Shown: one piece after another, positions 23,014 through 34,701 of the stretch
How positions within the stretch are numbered: position 1 is the first letter of the stretch
Layout of the letters: each line of letters opens with the position of its first letter
From: Octopus bimaculoides
Lineage: Eukaryota
DNA length: 50,537 nt
NCBI RefSeq assembly: GCF_001194135.2
Contig: NC_068982.1
Coordinates: 86,538,110-86,588,646 of the forward strand
Direction: 5' to 3'
The notes under the pieces: model-generated
The model's database searches: none
Told to the model about the DNA's origin: nothing
Seen by the model: the letters and a program-made list of their open reading frames with translations, nothing else
Translations under genes and position numbers: made by a program

Positions 23014-23867
23014 TATATATATCTTACATAATAAAACAGAGTTTGTGTGTGTGNNNNNNNNNNNNNNNNNNNNNNNNNNNNNNNNNNNNNNNNNNNNNNN
23101 NNNNNNNNNNNNNNNNNNNNNNNNNNNNNNNNNNNNNNNNNNNNNNNNNNNNNNNNNNNNNNNNNNNNNNNNNNNNNNNNNNNNNNNNNNNNNNNNNNNN
23201 NNNNNNNNNNNNNNNNNNNNNNNNNNNNNNNNNNNNNNNNNNNNNNNNNNNNNNNNNNNNNNNNNNNNNTCTGATGTAGCAGACCAATCGCATACTTTTT
23301 TTCCTTGCCTGAAATATGGTAAATCTGCGTCTTTCTTTTGATGAAAGGTTGTGTTTTAAGAGAAATTTGGCTGCTATTTATAGTAGCTCAAGTTATCACA
23401 GACATCTGTGTGTGTGTGTGTGTGTTTCTTTGTGATGAAAAAAATACTTTTTCTCAGAATATGTTGCACAATAATTTTTAAAGAAATCTGGACATCTTTC
23501 TTACTACTAACCATTCAACTTCAAATTACAGTTGTTAATTGTTGGAAGTCAAGTAGACTGAGATGTACATATAGTGTTATCGTATAGAGTGGAAGTTCAA
23601 TACAAAGTCTTGAACTCATTATCTTGTGGTTAATAATCCATTACCTTAAATTTGAAGCCATTAAGTCTTTAAACATTATTTTACTGGGTTTAGTCTTTCA
23701 ACTGTTGCCATGATGGGGTATCACCTTCAAAAATTTAATTGATCATACTGACTCAGTACGTATTTCAATCTGGCATTTATTTTATAGATCTCTGCTTGAT
23801 GAACTTTGAAACATAGTGGGACACCATACTTGATTTAACAACAAATGTAAACACACACACACATATT

Positions 23868-23999
23868 AGCCTGTGTGGTTGAGAAGTTTGCTTCTCAACC
23901 ACATGATTCCACATTCAGTCCCTCTACTTGAGCAAGTGTTTTCTACTATAGCTGTAGGCCAACCACAGACTTGTGACTGAATTTGGTATATGGAAACTG
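23868..23999 (+). mobile_element. tRNA-derived SINE 5' part
   Basis: AGCCTGTGTGGTTGAGAAGTTTGCTTCTCAACCACATGATTCCACATTCAGTCCC tRNA-like head followed by GAGCAAGTGTTTTCTACTATAGC..GGCCAACC core. Confidence 0.65.
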
Positions 24000-24667
24000 C
24001 AGCATTATTCATCAGGAAATAACCAAAAACATGTTTATAAAGAAGAGTTGTTTGCCTCATATTCCTTGTGTGCTGATTCTGTCCATAAGAAAGGAACAAA
24101 TAATACAATATGGTTGTAGGTCATAACACCTGGACAATGCTGGGTGCATTGCTTATATATATACAGAGAGAGAGAGAGAAAGAGAGAGAGAGCAGAAGAG
24201 ATGTCTTTAAAATAAATGCATATATATATATATATATATATATAAGCAAAGTAGCTGTAAGGTTGTAAAATCTCAATAAGAGATGAGAGTGGTAACTATA
24301 CTAACAAGTAAAGGTAATTGCCACATCATTGTGGCTGTTCCATGTTACTGCTAGTTTAACCCCAGGCAGATCTTGTGTCCACCTGGTTATTGGTGCAGCA
24401 CTGCACTCTGTATATTGCCAGCAGGGGAGCAAAACCCTACCATCCTCCAGCAGATGAAAGAATCACAAGACCAATTTGGTATTGAGCTAGTTTGCTCATC
24501 CTCAGTCACGAACACTTGGCCACCAGAGAGATGGCTACAGTCTGTTCCAGCTAGCAATATATTGTAAACAAAACAACCATTAGTCACTGATTTGCAACAG
24601 GCAAAGTAGCTAGTTATAAAATCTCAGTAAGAGATATGAGTAGTAACTATACTAACAAATAAAGTGA

Positions 24668-24726
<59 letters not shown>

Positions 24727-24891
24727 ATCTAACTATCTATATATATATGTAGGGGAGTAAATATAAGGACAAATAAGTTAGGTAAATCTTAAATACTTTT
24801 AATACAAAAAATGTACATATGTATTTATATAAAAAAGTCTAACTTTCACAGAATATAAATGATATCAGGAATTAAAGGAGTTGAGTAAGAG

Positions 24892-24982
24892 TCCAACAGC
24901 TGTTTCTGGGGGCTTGGTGGTTCAAAATAATGATTGTAACTTGATTCCATCATTGGATACCACCAGCCTCCATCTTCAGGGA
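24892..24982 (-). ncRNA. Hammerhead motif with elongated stem II
   Basis: TCC-CTGAAGA-TGGAGGCTGGTGGT...ACCACCAAGCCCCCA-GAAA-CAGCTG-TT-GGA; intact core, 3-bp stem I, ~37-nt loop II. Confidence 0.7.
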
Positions 24983-25043
24983 AGAATTTTACATTTGAGG
25001 TGTTGACAGAATGGAGTTTAAAGATGTATATATACTTTGTGGT

Positions 25044-25084
<41 letters not shown>

Positions 25085-25213
25085 NNNNNNNNNNNNNNNN
25101 NNNNNNNNNNNNNNNNNNNNNNNNNNNNNNNNNNNNNNNNNNNNNNNNNNNNNNNNNNNNNNNNNNNNNNNNNNNNNNNNNNNNNNNNNNNNNNNNNNNN
25201 NNNNNNNNNNNNG

Positions 25214-25244
<31 letters not shown>

Positions 25245-25305
25245 TTTCAGAATGAGATAAAAATCCAAGACTGTGAAAGATTTTAGAACATTTATAAATA
25301 GAAGG

Positions 25306-25351
25306 TCTTACAGCTGTTTCCGGGATGTATTATATATCCCTTTATCAGAGA
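25306..25351 (-). ncRNA. Minimal hammerhead motif, mutated core
   Basis: TCT-CTGATAA (G8A)-AGGGAT...ATCCCG-GAAA-CAGCTG-TA-AGA. Confidence 0.6.
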
Positions 25352-25378
25352 CGGTGAAGAGATATATAAAATATCCCA

Positions 25379-25424
25379 TCTCTGATGAAGGGATATATAA
25401 AATATCCTGGAAACAGCTGTAAGA
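25379..25424 (+). ncRNA. Minimal hammerhead motif, intact core
   Basis: TCT-CTGATGA-AGGGATAT-ATAAA-ATATCCTG-GAAA-CAGCTG-TA-AGA; predicted cleavage after A25421; non-canonical A.G at the base of stem II. Confidence 0.7.
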
Positions 25425-26228
25425 CCTATTTATAGATGTTCTAAAATCTTTCACAGCCTTGAATTTTTTTCTCATTCTGAAAATTTTTTATATATACACA
25501 TGCTGATATATGACCTATGCTGGACTCCTCATTCGCATAATCACCGAACCTGGAGCTTTACTGTAGTCTATCCATAGCACTTACTCAGCATTACATGACA
25601 CCTTCGGGTCTTATTGATACCATTACCTCTCATAACCTCTATATGTATATATAAGTTAAAGTAGTGAGGAAAACAAGTCATCAATGTAGAACTATGGCAT
25701 TTAAATTCATTTAATTCAATCTAAGAGAGTTGAATTAACAATAACAGTAATACAATATTGGTAGAGATAATAGAAAAAAGCCAATAGAGGTAAGCTACTG
25801 ATTGCCAACTTTTTTCTGAACAGGGCATTTGTGTTACCACAACTCCATTCCCTGTTTGAAATGGGATTTTGGTAGCTTATCTTTTGGAGCACTCAGAATG
25901 CACACTTATTAGTTTGGGTTACCTTAACCTAAACTCCTCATTTTCTGTATATATATATGTATGTATGTGCCATTACCATGTTATCACATTCATTCATTCA
26001 TTTTTCAAGTTTATCACACAGTCACTTATTTCTCTAATTCTGTCTTAGATTAGCTGACAAAAAACTCTCAGATTTTTCAATTCTATATTACTATTATCAA
26101 CATTTGCTGTCTCGTTAAACTATGCTACACAAATCCCAAAAGATTATTTTTCTCCCTCGTGTTCTGATCACTAACCCCACTCTCCCTATCTCTGCCTTAC
26201 TCTGCTCATGGTACACCCGCCCTCTCAC

Positions 26229-26377
26229 CCCCTCCACCTGTACCGGAAGTTCTTTTCCTCTCCACCTGTACTGGAAGTTCCTATCCTCTCCACCTATACC
26301 GGAAGTTCCTACCCTCTCCACTTGTACCAGAAGTTCCTACCCTCTCTACCTGTACCGGAAGTTCCTAACCTCTCCCA
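26229..26377 (+). repeat. 28-bp minisatellite, ~5.3 units
   Basis: Unit CCTCTCCACCTGTACCGGAAGTTCCTAC starting at 26229, 26257, 26285, 26313, 26341. Confidence 0.9.
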
Positions 26378-26489
26378 TGAACACTTCGAAAGGCTTCACA
26401 ACACCCCCACAACAACTTACGGTTTATCTCCTATGTAAGGTTTTGATCATATAGTGCAAAAATATGGTAGTGTAGTGTATGCAGGTTGA

Positions 26490-29400
26490 ATTGAAGGCTA
26501 CTGCTTGTTTATGAATTCTGCCAAATGCAAGTTTCTTTTCAGGTACATGATGCTGCTGTCCCCCGCCCCAGGGTCACATGGGCCCAAACCTCCCACACCC
26601 TCAGGGTTGGCACTCTCAACATTGGCACACTGAAAGGTAGGTCTGGTGAGATTGTTGAGATGCTTGAATGGAGATGTGTCGATATCTGCTGCCTCCAAGA
26701 AGAAAGGTGAAGAGGAGATTCTGCTATGTTCCTCACAGGCAAAGAACACAGGTACAAGATTTTCTGGGCAGGGAACACAGACGGTATCGGGGTTGTGGGT
26801 ATACTTCTAGCAAAAAAATGGGTGGATAAGGTAATCGAGGTAATCAGAGTATGCGATAGAATACTTAAGATTAGATTCGTCCTTCATCATGGGTTAGCAA
26901 CCATTATCTTGGCCTATGCCCCTCAGCCAGGGCTACCCGATGAACAGAAAGACCGATTTTATGACATCCTCTTGCAGACTACCTCGTTGACGAATGACAG
27001 GGACCTTCTCTTTGTAGCTGGTGACTTCAATGGACATGTTGGACAACATACAGGGGGCTTCCATGGCGTACATGGAGGCTATGGTTTTGGCTCACGCAAT
27101 GAGGAGGGAACCAGGCTGCTGGAGTTCTGCGATACAAATGACCTTATGGTTTGCAATACTAACTTCAGGAAGCCTGCCAGTCACCTAGTCACCTACCGTT
27201 CTGGCAGACACACTAGCCAAATTGACTACATCCTCACCAGAAAATGGGAAAGAGGACTGCTTATAAATGCCAAAACCTTCCCAGGCAAAGAATGTACCCC
27301 ACAACATAGACTAGTAGTTAGTGACTTCAGGATCAGGACTAAGTGGATGCCCAGAAGACGACCAGCATCACGGAGAAGGGTCTGAGAGCTTAAAGACCCT
27401 GCAAATGGACAGAGATTTAGAGACGTATTACTCAAAGCCTTTGACGAGATGGAAGGGGATATAGCTTCACACGATGTAGAAGACAACTGGAGGTTACTAT
27501 GGGACAACCTACTGAAGGCCACTGACCAGATCTGTGGATGGTGCAAAGACCCCTCTCGACCCAAAATAACGTGGTAGTGGAGCAATACTGTTGACAGGGC
27601 TATTAGACAAAAGAAACAGGCTTGGAAAGACTGGAAGAACTGTGGTAATAGGGAATTGTATCAGACTGCCAGAAGGTAAGCTAGGAGACAGGTTTATTTA
27701 GCCAGAGGGGAAGCAGATAAGGAAAAATTTGCCAATGTTCTGCACCGTGAGGACCAAAGACTTGAGATATTTCATGTTGCAAGATAGTGTGTGAGAGAGA
27801 ATCATGATGTCATAGGAGAGAAATGTGTCCGCATGGATGATGATTCACTTGCACTAAATGTGGCTGCAAAGAAAGAGGTCTGGAGATGCCACTACGATAG
27901 ATTGCTTAATAAAGAGAATGAATAGGAGAGAGTCTGCTGAAGGTCGACTCAACAGAGGGACCAGCTATCCAAGTTGACAGTACCATGGTAGATAAAGCAA
28001 TTGAGAGTATGAAGACAGGGAAAGCCCCCAGCCCATCAGGAATCAATGCAGAGATGCTCGAAATATCTGGCAGTGGTCGGCTATAGCCTAGTTATCCGTA
28101 TAGTTAACCAGGTGATACACGAAGGAGTCATACCCAATGACTGGTGTAGAAGCACCATAGTCAACTGCTACAAAAGTAAAGGTGACGCTTTAGATACAAA
28201 TAATTACAGAGGTATCAAGTTGTTGGATCAGGTAATAAAAGTCACGGAGAGGGTCATAGCCCAACTAATTAGGGAGAGAGTCAGTTTAGATGAGATGCAG
28301 TTTGGGTTTGTGTTACGGAAAAAGCACCACTGATGCTATATTTCTGGTAAGACAGTTGCAGGAGAAATATATAGCCAAAGATAAACCTCTGTACCTGGCT
28401 TTTGTCGACATGGAGAAAGCCTTTGACAGGGTGCCCCGATCCCTTATCTGGTGGTCAATGAGGAAATTAGGGATAGATGAATGGTTAGTGCGAGCTGTGC
28501 GAGCCATGTACAGGGATTCTGTCAGTAAGATGAGGTTTGGCAATGAGTACAGTGAAGAATTCCGGGTAGAGGTAGGGGTCCACCAAGGTTCCGTCTTCAG
28601 CCCCCTCCTATTTATCATAGTCCCCCAAGCAATAACAGAGGAATTCAAGACAAGATGCCCCTGGGAGCTCCTCTATGCTGACGACCTTGCACTAATTGCT
28701 GAGTCACTATCAGAACTAGAGGATAAGATTCACGTGTGGAAGCAAGGACTAGAATCGAAGGGCCTTAGAGTGAACCTAGCTAAAACCAAAGTCCTAATAA
28801 GTAGGAAGGTAGACAAACCACAAACCCCTTCAGGTAGATGGTCCTGCTCGATCTGCAGAAAAGGCGTAGGTAGAAACTCTATAAGATGTACCCAGTGTAA
28901 ACTATGGACACTGCAGCAATATCAAAGGAAGGTTAACTAGGAAGTTAGTTTTTGTATGTAGCAGCTGTTCAGGAGCAATAAACACTGAAAATGTGCAGAA
29001 AACAACTTCTGCCATATTCCAGGGAGAAAGACTAGATGTAGTTGATAGTTTCTATTACTTAGGTGACCAAGTCAGTAGCGGGGGAGGGTGCTCTGAAAGT
29101 GTAGCTGCTAGAATAAGAATAGCCTGGGCAAAGTTCAGAGAGCTCTTACCTCTGCTGATGACAAAGGGCCTCTCGCACAGAATAAAAGGCAGACTGTATG
29201 ACGCATGTGTACGAACAGCCATGCTTCATGGCAGTGAAACATGGGCTGTGACTGCTGAGGACATGTGTAGGCTCACAAGGAATGAAGCCAGTATGCTCTG
29301 ATGAATGTGTAATGTCAGTGTGCATACTAGACAGAGTATTAGTACCTTGAGAGAAAAGTTGGACCTTAGAAGCATCAGTTGTGGTGTGTAGGAGAGACGA

Positions 29401-30125
29401 TTGCGCTGGTATAGACATGTGGCAAGAATGGATGAAGGTAATTGTGTGAAAAGGTGCCACAGCCTAGCAGTTGAGGGTACTTGGGGAAGAGGTAGACCCA
29501 GGAAGACCTGGTATGAGGTGGTGAAGCACGACCTTCAAACATTAGGCCTCACTGTGGCAATGACTAGTGACCGAGACCTTTGGAAATATGCTATGCGTGA
29601 GAAAACCTGGCAAGCCAAGTGAGACCATAATCCATGGCCTCTACCAGGGGTGTAGCCAGCCCACTTATTCATACCTTTATTTCATTGGACACTAAACTCT
29701 GCTTGCGAAGACCTGTTGGGGCAAGTGAAATCAAAATCGTGACTGAACCATATTCGATGACCGGCACCTGTGCCAGTGGAGCACTAACAGCACCGTCCAA
29801 GCGTGATCATTACCAGAGCAGCTATCCAGCTTCCATGCCGGTGGCACATAAATAGCACCATTTGAACATGATCATTACCAGCATTGCCTTTACTGGCACG
29901 TGAGAAAACATTCGAGCAAGGTCATTGCCAGTGCCATTGGACTGGCTCCTGTGCAGGTGGCACATAAAAAACACCATTTGATTGTGGCCGTTAGGAAGGG
30001 CATCCTGCTGTAGAAACTCTGCCAGATCAGACTGGAGCCTGGTGCAGCCATCTGGTTTGCCAGTCCTTAGTCAAATCCTCCAACCCATGCTAGCATGGAA
30101 AGCGGACGTTAAACGATGATGATGA
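26490..30125 (+). mobile_element. RTE-clade LINE copy 2, near full ORF (APE + RT) + 3' UTR, degenerate
   Basis: LRVGTLNIGTL, DICCLQE, AYAPQ, GDFNGHVG, SQIDYIL (APE); YRGIKLL, AFVDMEKAFDRVP, LLYADDLAL, RGRPRKTW (RT); (GAT)n tail at about 30115-30125. Confidence 0.92.
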
Positions 30126-30354
30126 TATATACATGCACACACACAATCATACATCATGTAGGTAATGTTTTCAACTGAGAGATTACAATCATATCTGATT
30201 CTTCAAGTGCTTCAATTCTGTCTATGTACATATATTTACTAGATTGCTGACATTTATTAGTGGTTTTCCCTATTGTGCTAATGTGCCATTTTCTATCTTT
30301 AAGAAAACTGTTGGCATTTTTACCAACACGGGTATGCTAGTAATAATAATAATA

Positions 30355-30565
30355 GTCTCTTCTTCTATAGGTACAAGGACTAAACTTTTAGGAGAAAGGG
30401 CTAGTTGATTTTATTGATCCCATTACTGGTACTTATTTCATTGACTCTAAAAGGATGAAAGGCAAAGTCAACCCTGGTGGCATTTGAATCAGAATGTAAG
30501 GCTGGAAGAAATATTGCTAAGCATTTTGTTTGGTGTGGTAACAATATTACGTGTTTGCCACCTTC
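30355..30565 (-). mobile_element. tRNA-derived SINE
   Basis: Homologous to 33261-33435 (TTCTATAGGTACAAGG...ACTGGTACTTATTT..ATTGAC..AAAGGATGAAAGGC...TTTGAA.TC); flanked by (TAA)n. Confidence 0.7.
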
Positions 30566-30579
30566 TGAATGATAATTAT

Positions 30580-33240
30580 AATAATAATATTTTAAAAGGA
30601 TTGATGTAACTCTTCAGAGAGGTAAACAGACAAGACGAAGAGCATGATGTGATTGCAATAGATATTTTATTAGTTGAACAATATTTCGACAGCAAACCTG
30701 TCTTTGTCAAGTTCAAAATAAGAAGTGATAAAAATTCAAAATTATAGAAATTTAAATTTAAAATATGAATGACAGCCTCCACACATTGATGGAATGATAA
30801 AGTTTCAAGTTTATAACAGGTGAAAACAAAAAAAAAGACAAAAAAAAAGAGGAAAGAAAAAAAAGAAAAGGAAAAAGAAGAATATTTAATCAAACAGTTT
30901 TGTATAAATTTGATGATATTCTCCTGTCATTTTATTCATTCCTTGAAGGTGTGATGTTAATAACCTGCAAACATATTTCTTCTCATGCATTTTAAGAAGT
31001 GAAAGTGAAGCAGATTCAGACTATTTTCTGAGAATATGCACTTTCAAAGTTTTTTTTCAAAATTGCAGCCGTTTGAAGCAAAATGTTCAGCAAGTTATGT
31101 TGAACTGCTGTTATTGTACCTTACGTCATATCTGTGCCCATTAAATCTTTTGTGTAATTGTTCTGTAGTACAACCAACATAAATCAAGTTGTGTTTCGCG
31201 AATTATGCCGCGTACACCAAATGGGAATCTCTACATGTCCCACCTTCTGTATATATCATAACATTTCTGTTATAATTCCTGATGGAATTCACTTGACTCA
31301 TGTTGTTGCACTATGAACATGGCTTACCTCTCTTGTGGCTGTTTTTCAAGGTACAGCATGCAGATACTCCAATGTTCGTTTTCTTGGGGTCAGAAATAGA
31401 GGTCAATAATTCTTGTATATTCTTATTCCGTCTAAAGGCTACAATAGGCAGCTGAGGAAATATCTGTTTGAAATGATATTTTTTCACCACATGCTGGTAA
31501 CTTTCATGCAACTCTTTTGAAATGCCAGTAAAATTTTGGAATTCTGTCATCTATTGTATTGTGTTTGCTAAAATTATGCATGAAGGTTTGACTATCTTTG
31601 CTAATCTTAGCTAATTCATTTGCTATTTCCTTTAATCATGATTCACTGTAACTGCATTTGACATAATGATGTACAAAAACATTTGCATGTTTCCAGGATT
31701 ACTGGAAACATGCAAATGTTTTATCCTCAAAAATTGGGATTTTGGATTTGACCAAATAATATGATGTGAATGATCGGAGTGGTGGTGGAGGTAAATGTGG
31801 GAACTTTTGTGTCCAAAAATTCAATGCTAGTTTTTGAAAAACTAGGCGTAAATTTTATGTTGTATTTAAAGTCGTACTTTTTAGCATAACAGTCACAGAA
31901 ATTCAAGAAATCAATTAAACTATACTGTGATCCTTCCTAGACAAAAAAGATGTCATCAATGAATCATAACCAGAGTATTGGTTCATGACCATGAAAGGAT
32001 TTGAATGTCTTCAGTAACTGTGTCTCGAATTTCGACATGAAGACATTAGCAAAATTAACTGTAATGGGGTTACCCATGGCGCAACCCCTCGTCTGGTGAT
32101 AAAATCTTTGCCCAAACTTCATTGTGTTACTTTGTAACACAAACCTCAATAACCTTCAGAGAAAATTTGATTGAATACTTTTGCTTAACCACTTTTTGAA
32201 GACATCCATGCATGCTTCTACCTTGTTATTGTGGTCAATATTGGGATATAAGGAAGAAACATCCATGGTTACTAAAAAACAGTTCTCAACATGGCCTCGA
32301 TGCTTAAAAAAGTTGTTGATTTTAGACACAAAATCAAAAGTATCCCGAATATAGGCACTTTGATCTTTTTGTGACAGGGAGTAGAAAGCCATCCAGCCAT
32401 TCTGAAATCTTGGCTATACAACATTCATATCTGCTGCAAATTGGGAGCATTGGAGAAAATCTTTCGAACTTCTTGTGTATTTTAGGGAAACCATAAAATA
32501 CAGGTGTTCTTTCTGACCAAAATCCTGGATTTGGCCTTATTAATGAAATTGTTTTCCTCCATTTCCAGAATTATTTTGTCGAGTTCCTCTCAGTAATTGG
32601 AGTTTGAAACGACAGGTAATTCTTCATATGAAGTTTTGTCATTTAAAACTTCTTCACAAGCCAAAATATACTCACTTTTGTTCATAATTATGATAGCGCC
32701 TCCCTTACCTGCCATTTTAATAACAATAGAATTGTTATTAGCTAGACATCAGATTGTTTTAAGGCTTTCTCTAATGCCTATCTGACAAGATTCGAGAAAT
32801 TCCAATAGTGCTTGTGAATGTCCATCCTGAACTTTATCTGGCTACCAATTGGGATTCTTTTCAATCTAATTATGCCAGATTTGATCATCATCATTTTCAT
32901 TTTCAGTAAGCATAGGGTTTTCTGAGTCCTCATTACCAGTTTTTTCAAAAAAATATTCCTTCGGCTTGTGACGGCAGACAAACTGAAATAGCCCTTGAAC
33001 TAGTTTATTCTTAGTACTTGGGCAGAAACTCAGTTCAAGCTCCAAGACTGAGACATTGTCAGGCAAAAGTTTTAGTTTAGATAAATTTATGACCTACTTA
33101 TTCTCTAGTGTGATGGATTTTTTTGGGCAAGTGGTTTTCAGAGTCTTACTTTCATTAGATTTCTGACTACTTTTTGGGCTTTGCTCAAAATCTTCACTTA
33201 AAACATGGAACCTATTGGATGATAAAATTTGTTCTAAATG
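30580..33240 (-). mobile_element. Penelope-like element (RT + GIY-YIG), degenerate
   Basis: LSFCPS, IVIKMAGKGGAII, LVTMDVSSLYPNI, QTRGCAMGNP..VNFANVFM, DDIFF, IEFLDT, AFRRNKNIQELL, IYVGCT...KRFNGHR, QGMN motifs. Confidence 0.88.
30674..30716 (-). ncRNA. Hammerhead variant with U3-A8 compensatory pair
   Basis: TTGAAC-TTGACAA-A-GACAG-GTTTG-CTGTC-GAAA-TAT-T-GTTCAA: 6-bp stem I, 5-bp stem II, palindromic AATATT in place of stem III; lies downstream of the PLE ORF. Confidence 0.65.
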
Positions 33241-33260
33241 TCCATATGAGATAATAATAA

Positions 33261-33435
33261 TTCTTTCTACTATAGGTACAAGGCCTGGTCAATTACATTG
33301 ATTCCAGTAATTGACTGGTACTTATTTTATTGACCCTGAAAGGACGAAAGGCTGAGTTGACCTTGGCAGAACTTGAACTCAATGAAATGTCACTCAACAT
33401 TTTGTTTGGTGTGCCATTAGTTCTGCCAGTTCACC
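33261..33435 (-). mobile_element. tRNA-derived SINE (same family as 30355-30565)
   Basis: Direct similarity to 30355-30565; (TAA)n flanks. Confidence 0.7.
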
Positions 33436-34701
33436 ATTTTAATAATGATAATAGTAATAATAATGATGATGTAATTTTTAGTCTCTTAGTTTGTCATGAG
33501 AATTTGTTCAGTTGGTTCTTCATGCAGCCAAGAAACATATTTTCATTCATTAACTTCACCAGCTACAATAGCAGCATGAATGAAACATCATAAGACCACT
33601 TGTGGCAGGTGTAAAGAGAGATGGGATGAGATGGCTGGGTCACAAGCTGAGGAAGAATGAAAGTAACTGGATGGGTGGAGTAGAGAAAGGAGAAAACAAA
33701 GAAAGGCATGGTTAAAAATGATAGTGGAAGAAATGTGAGTAAGGAAGTTAGTGAGAAGAATGGAGAGGATAGGGTAAAATGGGAAAGATAATCATGGGAC
33801 CTGCTAGGTTTACTCCTGTTTTTGCAGGGGAAAAATGACCATTAAAATGCTTGTTGCTGTTTTCTTAGCTTAATTTGTCTCTCTGACACAAAATTCTTCT
33901 GTAAAGTCTTCATTGTCATAGTGAGTGTGGTAGTATCATATACCACCCTTTCTATTTGTAAAAGAAATCAAACAGATAAATAGCTCACCATATATTCAAC
34001 ACTTTTAAATTTCTTCAGTGTAAAGTTAGGGAAAAAAGTGAACCTTTAGGAAGGTGATGTTTTTGCACAATTCTATCTTATTAAAATACAGTGTAATTTC
34101 TAGAGCTTGTAAGAGAAAAATTCATAACTTCCATTGTAATAATAGTAATTATTATTCTCTTTAATTTATCTGTGATGTTGCCACTGTCACAGTGAGTAAG
34201 ATAATATTGTAGTTGAGGAAATTCCCTTGTAGATTCTACACAAATAGTTTGTTTATTTTAGGGCGACAACTTTATTAAGTTTGGTTTTGGAAATGTAGAA
34301 AATGCTTTTGATGCTCAGATGAAAGTAAAGAGAACAATACTGTAAATTTTTATAATGAATTAAAATTTTCAACAAATTGGCACCTAAAAATGCTGCTTAC
34401 TTCTAATTCTACATGATTAAATTTCTAGAATGTTTAGATCTGATAAAAAAAAAAAGGAATTCATTACAAATGTTTGAAATCTTTCATTGAGTTACTAAAA
34501 TAAAATTGTTTTAGATGTTTAATTATTAGTTTTCACAGCCAATTTATGTTTGTTTATGTTAATTCTATCAATAATAGATTAGATATTTAACCAATGGCTC
34601 TTGAAAGTTGTCATAGAAAGAAAATATTTACCTCTTACTTTGAGAATGATGCATTCCAAAATATTTTCAATTTATATTTTACTTTGTTATTTTTATAACA
34701 G

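Larger units (their letters stand above)
25241..25640. mobile_element. Palindromic Penelope-type terminal unit pair with hammerhead motifs
   Basis: 25241-25351 is the reverse complement of 25379-25487; spacer holds a partial copy of stem II; adjoins (TA)n; tail 25500-25640 homologous to 16430-16560. Confidence 0.8.

Noticed and set aside
25785-25885. Weak fold-back (GTAAGCTAC/GTAGCTTAT and AACAGGG/CCCTGTT)
   Set aside because: Short discontinuous stems, no ribozyme core; cannot be distinguished from chance or an old repeat.
26229-26377. CRISPR-like array
   Set aside because: Units are contiguous with no unique spacers, in a eukaryotic context without cas genes.
30595-30625. CTGAAGA (- strand) as another hammerhead
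   Set aside because: No complementary stem II or GAAA follows; at most a truncated remnant.
34310-34345. AQMKVKR resembling the SPEF1 C-terminal QMKVRR
   Set aside because: Lies upstream of exon 3, stops after a few codons; chance match.
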